From: Vicugna vicugna
Lineage: Eukaryota
Reading direction: 5' to 3'
NCBI GenBank assembly: GCA_013265495.1
Contig: MU057487.1
Location: 372,001 to 436,000, forward strand
DNA: 64,000 nucleotides
A program made the position numbers and the translations under genes. Positions within the stretch are counted from its first letter, which is position 1. Every line of letters begins with the position of its first letter. Below, piece after piece: positions 54,683 to 64,000 of this stretch. The notes under the pieces are model-generated. The model was not told the origin of the DNA, did no database searches, and saw nothing but the letters and a program-made list of their open reading frames with translations.

Positions 54683-55706
54683 TAGTAGTAGTAGCATGAA
54701 CAGAACTACAGTACTTGCATTTGTAATTCACTCTTTTCAATAAAAGTTTTGCTTTTAGTCACGTTGTGATCTCGTTTATAAGCTATTATGCTAATAAGGT
54801 TTAAAGCAGGAATCACAGTGAAATCTTTGCAGTGGCAACATTAAAGGACATAAGTACCCTCTGCTAGCATTATCCTTTGTGTTTTCTGAGGTTTTTAACA
54901 TACACTTATTACAACTTCTATTTCTCTCTAAGTGTCATCCCTTTAAAAGCTTTAGGAAAGCCTGTCACCATTTGTCTGGATATACCTGTATAGATGATGT
55001 TTCTTGCCTGGATTTATTATATTATCCACAGGACCTTGAGAAGCAGTGTATTAATAACAGGAACATCTAACTTTATAGAAGTTGGTTTGACTTTGTAGGT
55101 TTTTGTTTTCAAAATGGTAAATAGTAAAAACAAATAGAACAATGCAATACACATAAAAACAAATGCAGAATCTATCTCATAAATCCAAAATATCCTCCTT
55201 TGGTTCATTAGAAAAATATGTTTTTAATCACAAACTGGAGTTTTCAAGTCTTCATGCACAATTCCTGTGATAAGGAAAATAACATCTCAATTGTGTATCT
55301 TCTGAGAGGGGTAAGAAAGACCTACTATCTTTTCTAAAGATGATATGAGTTACATTAGAATTTGAAAATACACTGTCTTATTTCAAAGGACATATTGTAA
55401 CATTTGGTTTATGTACATCTATATGTTATAACAGCATTGTGGCTATAGGAAAAACTCTAATCCTCTTTCTTCACTTGTGAAGGGAGACAAATAATGCTCC
55501 TATATATAGTGCCTATCTCATAAGTTATTCTGTTGATTAAATGATAAAATATAAGCATAATAAGGATAGGGTCTTTTTTAAGCTCATTTCTGAATCCCTA
55601 ATACTCCTGTAACAATGCCTGGAACTTAGGAGGTATTTGTTACATACTTGGTATTAAACAAATATGTCCAGTTTAGTACCTGTCACACAGTAAATACTCA
55701 ATAAAC

Positions 55707-56194
55707 ATTGGCCATTGTGATTATCTATTCACGATAAAATAGATTTTTCTAATGTTTCAAGTAAGAATAGCCAAGCAGAAGTTGTAGAACCACCAATCAG
55801 GAACTGGAAAAGATGCCTATATTAGAAAGATTTATTGGTCTGCATAATTTTAAGTCATGATATATTGTAATTGCTCTTTTAGCATTGATGGGTTGATATT
55901 TTACTTCCCCTTTGAACAATTTAAAACATAGTTATACTTTTAATTCTTCCAATTGGCCATTGTGATTATCTATTCACGATAAAATAGATTTTTCTAATGT
56001 TTCAAGTAAGAATAGCCAAGCAGAAGTTGTAGAACCACCAATCAGGAACTGGAAAAGATGACTATATTAGAAAGATTTATTGGTCTGCATGATTTTAAGT
56101 CATGATATATTGTAATTGTTCTTTTAGCATTGATGGGTTGATATTTTATTCCCCTTTGAACAATTTAAAACATAGTTATACTTTTAATTCTTCC
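55707..56194 (+). repeat. Tandem duplication, 2 x ~244 bp
   Basis: Copies at 55707-55950 and 55952-56194 differ by 3 substitutions and one 1-bp indel. Confidence 0.97.
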
Positions 56195-56254
56195 CCATGG
56201 GCTTCTCTGGTCAAATCAGTACTAAAGACTCAGAGATCCTCACTTACAAAATTT

Positions 56255-56965
56255 ATATATATATAAATAATATATAATATAATGTAATATTTATATATAT
56301 TATATATATATACTGAAGTATAGTTAGTTTACAGTGTTGTGTCAATTTCTGGTGCACAGCATAATGCTTCAGTCATACATGAACATATATATATTCATTT
56401 TCATATTCTTTTTCGCCTTAAGTTATTACAAGATATTGAATATAGTTACCTGTGCTATACACTATGAACGTGTTGTTTATCTATTTTATATATATTAGTT
56501 ACTCTCTGTAAATCTCGAACTCCCAATTTATCCCTTCTCATCCCTTTCCCCCTGGTAACCATAAGTTTGTTTTCTATGTCTGTGAGTTTGTTTTTGTTTT
56601 GTACATAAGTTCATTTGTATATATATATATATTTAGATTCCACATATAAGCAATATCATATAGTATTTTTCTTTCTCTTTCTGGCTTACTTCACTTAAAA
56701 TGACAATCTCCAAGTCCATCCATGTTGCTGCGAATGGCATTATTTTATTATTTTTTTTAATGGCTGATTAGTATTCCATTGTATAAATATACTACAGCTT
56801 CTTTATCCAGTCATCTGTTGATAACCATTTAGGTTGTTTCCATGTCTCGGCTGTTGTAAATAGTGCTTCTATGAACATCGGGGTGCATGTATATTTTGAA
56901 TTAAGGTTCCCTCTGGATATATGCCAAGGAGTAGGACTGCTGGATCATATGGTAAGTCTATTTTT
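56255..56965 (-). mobile_element. Camelid/cetartiodactyl L1 3' end with tail decayed into (AT)n
   Basis: tactgaagtatagttagtttacagtgttgtg...ttagattccacatataagcaatatcatatag...ggatcatatggtaagtctattttt; flanks ctcacttacaaaattt and ctgacttactaaaattt. Confidence 0.88.
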
Positions 56966-57324
56966 CTGACTTACTAAAATTTTGGTTTAGATCACTTTGA
57001 TCTATCTCCTCCAGTATCAGCAGCTCAAAAATATTTGACAGGAAGAAATACGTATTTCCTTTCAAGATAAATTAAATATTATAGTTCTTTCATGTTTCCT
57101 AAGCAACAAGGAAATTACATCTACTATATACCAAAATAATTAGTTGGTTCAGTAAATTCTTAGAAAAGATAGTTAAATCTTTGAACTTATTTCTCTAAAT
57201 TGACCAGCAAATTGCATCAAATAGTTACTGTAGAAGAATAGTTTTTTACTAGCAGTCATAAGAGTCAGAAATACTTGAATTCTAACCCCAGCTTCCCCAT
57301 TTATTGCAAAGAGACTTTGAATAA

Positions 57325-57383
57325 CATCAGAAATTGACACAACATTATAAAACTGACTATACTTCAATGTTAAAAAAAAAAAA
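57325..57383 (+). mobile_element. Ultra-short L1 3' tip inserted into a MIR
   Basis: catcagaaattgacacaacattataaaactgactatacttcaatgtt plus A12; imperfect flanking repeats gactttgaataa and gacttgaataa. Confidence 0.8.
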
Positions 57384-58359
57384 GGACTTGAATAAGTTTT
57401 GTAACCTTTCTACAGAATAGCACCAATACTAGAAGCCGCTACATGGAGCTATAGCAACCTTGAATGGAGCTAATGGAATTTAAATGCTTAATGGAATTCC
57501 CCTGCATTGCCGTTAAACCAATACATGTTACCTATAGAGGACTCTGAGCTTTCCTCCTGAAGCGTTAAGTATTTGGCCTTAAGTATTTTATTTTCCGAAC
57601 GCAGCACAAAGAGAGGAAGTTACAAAGTGTGCCCTCTATGTCTGACCTTTAGACCATTGTTCCAACATATGATTTCCTAATCCCAACCGAGTGGAGTAAC
57701 AAGAACTGACATGTATTCCCATTGTGACTTTCTCTGACAACTCACAGCAGGCTAGTCTAGAATAGGATGAAATCGGCTGAGTCACTTTTTAATCTTAAAA
57801 ATTTTAGATTCTCTTGATTCTCTTTCTGCTTGATATATTCTGAAAATAGTTTGCTCAAGATAAATTTTATTTTTTTCTTTTAGGATACTATTAAATGTGT
57901 ATTTTAAAAATCTGGTTCTTTTTATCTTCTATAAAGCTATAAAACATATATATATTTACACATTTAATGTTCATAAATCTCTGTTTCAAAATTTCTATGT
58001 CACATTAAATCTACTATTGACATATTTGCAACTATTCTAAGATAGATAACTTATGAGTGATATTTTGATATCATTAATTTCATTACTTTCTCAGTTATTA
58101 TTTACATGGCATCTTTGCCTTCATTGGATTTTTTTCACTGATGTGCTTATTAAATATATTTTTGTAATTTCAGCTTGGTCATTTCTAGCCATTGCCTCTA
58201 AAAATACATTTTAAAGCGGAATTAAAGCAAAGAAAAATGACTATGAAAGACCACTTTCTCCTATTCATATAAGTACTATTCCTTATAAGTATACAGATAA
58301 TAATTTATTTTTATAATAAACTAACAGAACTCTTCCTTTTTGTATATATTTTCATAAAA

Positions 58360-58890
58360 TATTTTTAGAATGGTTTTACTGTTTTTAGAACAGATGTACA
58401 GAAAAATTGCTGAGGTAGTACAGTTAGTTCCCATATACCCAGCATTTAATTTCTTTTATTAACATCTTATGTTAGTATCATATATTTGATGCAATTAATG
58501 AATCAATATTGATACACACATACTAACTAAAGTGCATATATTATTCAGATTTTCTTAGTGTTTACCTAGTGTCCATTTTCTGTTCTAGGATTCTACATTA
58601 CATTTAGCTTCATGTCTCCTTAGGCTCCTTTGGCTGTTACGGTTTCTCAGACTTTCCTAATATATGATGACCTTGACAGTTTTGAGCAGTACTTTGTATT
58701 GGGAGAATGTTTTTTAACTAGGACTTGTCTGGTTTTTTTTTTTTTTCTTTTTTTTCTCGTAATTTGACTGGAGTTATAGGTTTTTGGGAGTAGACCACAG
58801 AGGTAAAGTACCATTCTCATCATATTATATCAAGGGTAAATTCTATCAATATGACATTACTGGATTGATATATTAAATTTTATCATCTAC
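58360..58890 (-). mobile_element. L1MC-like 3' UTR
   Basis: tacagaaaaattgctgaggtagtacagttagttcccatatacc...gtttctcagactttcc...gaccacagaggtaaagtaccattctcatcatatt. Confidence 0.8.
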
Positions 58891-61599
58891 TTTTTATGCA
58901 TTAAAGAAAGAATTTGCTGATTTAAAGGCCATTCTCACTTGGATACCAAATGTCATGGAGGCATAGCATTTATGTATTTGTGTTTGGGAATATCTGCTCT
59001 AGACCATCTTTCTCACTGTTTTATTATGTGCATCATCGACTGGCACAGATTAAGGGAAACTGAGTAATGGACAGCCCTCTGATTTTAATTCAAAATCATT
59101 AGTTCACCCAAGAAAGGATTCTAATCTGGGCTGGAGACATAGGAATGATAGTGGGGGTTGAATATAATGACTTGGGAGAGGGTCTTATAAGAAAGACAAT
59201 TGTCAGAACCCGGATATATACTCTTAGTAATATATTTCCAAATAGGAAATGGAGTACCAGATTGAAAACCACTGGAAAATCCCAATCATATAAATTGGGA
59301 GATTTATACTGAAGAAAATAAAATCAGCACTCTTGTGTGCACATGCTTTCTCAGGACTAACGCTGGTACTGCAATCTGGACATAAAGCAGCAAGACTGAT
59401 TTCTGATACCAATGCCAAAATGGCACTCATTGCCCTAGCAGGATAAGACTTGGTTAGGTCTGCCGAAAGATGACCTCAGGGAACCCCAGCTAAGCATTTG
59501 GAGAAGGAATGGGCTGGTTTTAATATAGTGTCAATAGATGGAACACTCTGCTCATTCATTTACATAAAATAATATTGAAGGCAAAAGTGCCCATTGTTCA
59601 AATTGCACAGAGTTGGTAGCATGCCCAGAATTAGAACTTAGAACCCTCAATTTTCCTGTTCTTAATTCCTTACATTTTAAGAGTTTTCATAAACCTTTAC
59701 AAAATGGTTATTTACATTTTTGTGTTATTTCTTTGTCATATTTATTTTATCCAAATATTTTATTTTGACTTTTTTTCACATTGCAGGACCAGATCATATA
59801 AGGGCTTTACTAGATTTTGTTACTTCCATTAGGTATTGCATTTTCTAATTACATATTACTTTATTTTCATTGATGACGAAAGGGAAAAGCTAAGCTTCAG
59901 TTTGTTTCTATTGGAGATCGTAGAAAATTATCTGTTTTAAAAAAGAGAATTGTCTCTTTTAAAAATTATCTATTTTAAAAACTCCTCTACACACAAAGCA
60001 AATTAGATCTTAGAGCCCTTGTGTGAAGTGATATCAATTGATGGAATTCCTTTCTACTCCTTCTATTTTAAGGAAAAATTAAGATTTTTTTCTTTTGTTT
60101 TTGTCCTGTAGGTTTTACAACTTTGATAACTTTTATTTTTTAAATCAACATAGACTATGGTATCCAAATGTCATGAATTTAAACTTTATTAAATTTAGTT
60201 TTCTTCATAGGACCTTTACTAGTTTTTTTATGGTGAACTCTTTCCAGTTCATAGTCTGTTTTTTAAAAATACACAGAATTTTAGCTATAAAATGATCTCA
60301 GAAAATAGAACCGCCTTAATATGTGACCTGAAACAAAACTGACTTTAGTGAGAAGTCAACAAATATTTTAAAAAGTAGATCTTTCTAATTAGCTCTCTTT
60401 ATAATGGCTGAAGATACATAATCCTGGTTTAATTAGAAATAATCTCAATATGATAACACATAAAATCCGTAGGGTTATGAAACATAAAATTATAATAAAA
60501 CATCTGCTAAGGAGCATTTAAGCCAAGAAAAGGAAGATACTATTTTCACTGCCCATCAAACAAGGATAATTTGCAGTAACACACTTCAGGTACACAAATA
60601 GATGTGTAGTGTACATGGATAACAAATGCATTTCAGCAAGAGATTTCAGTGAATACAAAATTAGCTTAGAAAGAGGCTAGAAAACTTGAAATGTTCACAC
60701 ATAACTTGTCACCTCTTAAAGCAACACAACAAAACAAAACCCCACAAATTCTTTAAAGAACAGTGGCGAGAAATGAAGTGTTTGAAGCACTGAATAATGA
60801 AGTCTTCATGACAGCTTCAATTCACTAAACAGAGTATGTCTTAGATCATCACCCTAAGTTATGAACATGTTCGAGATCAAGGAGAAAACCCTGAAATAAC
60901 TGCAAGTTTTCAGGTGAGAGAAGAAAAGGAAAAGAGGGGATGTATATCCCTAACTCATCACTGTGTTGAATACAGGTTTACTCTGAGATGATTGCTATTG
61001 TATTCCCAGTGTATCTACAGCACTTAGTATATAATAGCCACTTAACACAGTAGAATTTCTAAATGACAGGTGGGTGAAACTTTTCTTCTTTTGGATTTGG
61101 CTTGATTGCAAGAAATTAGCTAATTTCACCCCCCAGTTCCCCCTCCCCCAAGTCAGTTACAACTGTACATGCGCCATTATCTGAATTGGAAATATCCTTC
61201 AAAAAATCATTCATTTGCACGTCCTACTAGAACAGGCAATATTTACTTGCCCTTTCTTTTTGCTCTTTATATAAAATACCTGGCAAAACTCTACATTAAT
61301 GTGCTTCAAACTTTTGGGTATCAGCTCATCCATGTAGGATCCATTCTTAGAAAAAAAATTTTTTCTTAGCTTTGCCAAATGGCTAAATGAAGGACCCATT
61401 TCTAGCATTGCAGATTTGCATATCAGATGTTTTTCCCCCCCTGGACTAGAATGAGATATGGTAGTTGACAATGTAGAACAAGTCACACACGCGGGGGTTA
61501 AATCAGTAAAACATTACACTCCACATTCTTTGAGAGAGGCACTGATCAGTGATTATGTGTCCTAAGCGAACTGGGTATCAATATTTCCTCATAAAGTTG

Positions 61600-62560
61600 G
61601 TGATAAAAAGACTTATTTTGCCTTTTAATTAAAGTATGAGTTTGGTTACTATAATAAAAATGAAGCCAAAACAACAATCTGGAGGTAGGCAGTTCAAGGC
61701 TCAAAGGGCTGCTCTACTCCACGAAGTCTTCTAGAGGTTCAGCTTCCTTCTGATTTGTTGTCAGAGCTTCCCTTCTGATGTTGTTCTCATCTGCAGGGTT
61801 TAAGAGGGCTATCTATGCTATCCGTGTTCCAGTTTGGGAAAGAGAAAAGGAGAAAGTGGAGACCTACTTCCTTTAAGAAAAGGGCATGGAAGTGCCAAGT
61901 GAAATAAATGCGCAGCCTAAAAGTTGAGAGTTATGCTTTATTTGGCGGGAGGTCTCCAGCCGGGATGACAGCCTCTCAGATCGCTCTGGGGGACTGCTCC
62001 GAAGAGGTAGGGGAGGAGCTAGGATACATAGGAGCTTTACAACAAAGACCAGGTAGTTGGATCAATAAAAGATTACTTGTTATCTGAAGAAAGACAGGCA
62101 TCTCAAGTTAAAGAATTTAGTGCTTTTCTATGTATGGGAGGAAGCAAACATTTGGGCTCATTGAATTCACTTCTTTGACAAGCATCTAGCTATCTAGGGC
62201 CACTATCTTGTCTTTTATTATTCGGAGTCTGCTCAGAGTGCACCATTGTGAGTGGCTGCAGAGGCTGGGCTGCAGGCTTGTCTTCACTAGGGGGTGGCAG
62301 CAGTGGCTGATGACTCGATGGCTTCAGCATTCTTTGTTTACTGATATGGTTTGCAGTATTTTTCATTCACAGAAGATCTACACATCCATCACTCTCCTCA
62401 TATTCCACTGTAACTTTTTTACAATGCCACAGTTAGCTCCATGAGAGATTGAATTTGTTCTTTCTCTTTGTTGGCCATGTGTCCCACTAGGAACTCTTAC
62501 TATGCAAAAAGGGAGGATAAATTTTTGTTGGCACTATTGTTTTCTGTTCCACTTCCCAGC
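61600..62560 (-). mobile_element. Old MLT1 (J/K-like) LTR interrupted by the ERV1 LTR
   Basis: tctggaggtaggcagttcaaggct...ctactccacgaagtc; resumes cacatccatcactctcctcatattccactg...ggccatgtgtccc. Confidence 0.6.
61893..62371 (-). mobile_element. ERV1-class solo LTR (MER41-like, cetartiodactyl/camelid), 479 bp
   Basis: TG...CA termini; exact 4-bp TSD gaag (61889-61892 and 62372-62375); - strand AATAAA at 61937-61942 near its 3' end; retained CpGs. Confidence 0.85.
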
Positions 62561-63750
62561 TCTTAAGTTTGCTTTGAGGGTCAAGTAAAGTGATGGATGG
62601 AGAGAAGATCTGAATGTTAGCTGATAAAAAAATGGTAGTTACTGGTCTTGAAGTCAGCTACTAGGACCTGAATGGGAAAACAGCTGAATGACTTTAAATA
62701 AATCCCTGAATTTTAGTTTCTATCTATAAAAAAAATTTAGATGATATTTATGTTCCTTTTCTGTGCCTTGTATGATAATCTTAAAATTGTTTCTGTACCT
62801 TTTAAAAGTAATTCTCTGGTCCTTATTCAGAGTCTTTGTGCCTGTGGTGATTGCTTGGCATTATTTTGTCTAATTTGGATCCTTTCCTCTCCCTACTCAG
62901 TTTTCCCTCCTTAGTCTGACTCCTGATGTTGGCAGTTTCAGTTACTGCCATCCCACCTGTCTCTTGCTTTTAGCATAAATATTTACATTCTGATAGGTTC
63001 TTTGTGTGGTTTTTGTAAAACTAGGAACAAAGTTGGAAACAAAAATATATACCTCAAGAAGTATGGCAATAATCAGGCCATTCAGTCTGTGAATCACAGT
63101 TGGAATGGTCAATTAAATAGGTCTCCTCCCTACTGAGAACCCTGAAGCATTGTAAAATGTAGGACCTGGAACACTGGCTGGATTTAGCCAAGAATTCAGT
63201 ATTAAAATGGGTCACCTCAGACATATAATAACACTTGTCAGATGATAAAGTTTAATAGCATTATCATACATCTTGGGTTTAGCCTAGGCACTTAGTTTCT
63301 ACCTGTCTTGTTTTAAATTAGTTTGGAAGAGACAAAGCGGGAGACAATTACAATTACAAAATCTTTGAATCAGAATAAAATGTAAAGGTCATTTCCGTCA
63401 ACTTCCCTTCCAGGCAGAACTTTCTTTTCAACTTCTCAAAGGTGTTCATTCTATTTTTCTTTGATTGGAAGCTCACTGGTTTCTAAGACTGCCTATTGTT
63501 CTATTGTTTACAATATTGAGAAATCCTCTAATCTTGTGCTGACATCTCTTTTCTGTTTTCCAATTACCTATGTGTGGGTTATCTGAATTGAACCTCATTG
63601 AATGCTGTGAGAATCCACAAAACTGCATTCCCTTTAACTTGGATTTTTGTTACTAAACACTAAAACTCCTGCATGATTTTCAGTTCCATTATCAAATCTT
63701 TTTAAGTGCCTGTGGTAATCTTAGCATTGATTTTCTATAGGTACATATCT

Positions 63751-64000
63751 TGTGTTAGTCAAGTGGACTATGTTATGCTGCGGTAGCAAGCAAACAGCTC
63801 TATTATCTTAGTGGCTTAAAACAAAAAAGCTTCATTTATTGCTCACATTACCTGTCATCTCAGGCTTATGGGGCTCTGCTTCATGTTGTTTTCTTTTAGG
63901 GATGTATATCCTGATGAAGCTTTCATGATCTTTCATGATCTTTAGTACTGGTAGTTAACATGGAAACAGTAAAGAAATAAATTAGAATAGTTCCTTTAAA
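63751..64000 (-). mobile_element. MLT1-type LTR 3' end running off the window
   Basis: tgtgttagtcaag...ctatgttatgctgcggtagcaagc...ttagtggcttaaaacaaaaaagcttcattt. Confidence 0.7.

Noticed and set aside
55707..56194. CRISPR-like or satellite array
   Set aside because: Only two adjacent copies with no spacers, in eukaryotic intronic DNA.
63921..63943. tttcatgatc tandem 10-mer (and a similar ~29-bp imperfect doublet at ~52903-52960)
   Set aside because: Ordinary slippage micro-duplications inside old repeats.

Overview
AT-rich, CpG-poor, repeat-dense mammalian genomic DNA. It is almost certainly from a camelid (camel/llama/alpaca), judged from two Vic-1-type tRNA-derived SINEs and the young L1 3' UTRs. 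The window lies inside the giant gene GRM1 (metabotropic glutamate receptor 1) on the + strand. It holds one 250-bp coding exon at 40764-41013 (cag|GG...AG|gtaagt), encoding about residues 234-317 of the Venus flytrap ligand-binding domain, with very long intron sequence on both sides. The rest is layered transposon debris (old L1M, L2, MIR, CR1/L3, MLT1, LTR16, hAT, Tigger) plus younger lineage-specific insertions. All other ORFs in the track are repeat-derived or chance. I found no convincing new multi-gene system. The best observations are small-scale genome-dynamics events read directly from the sequence: a TSD-flanked tailless 5S rRNA retrocopy, an L1 3' transduction, a ~190-bp local inverted duplication able to fold the pre-mRNA, a ~244-bp near-perfect tandem duplication, a very young sense-oriented L1 upstream of the exon, an ERV1 solo LTR, a (CA)16 tract next to the splice donor, and an apparent Ile315->Val change. 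Repeat families were named from recalled consensus sequences, not a database search, and the boundaries of old repeats are approximate.
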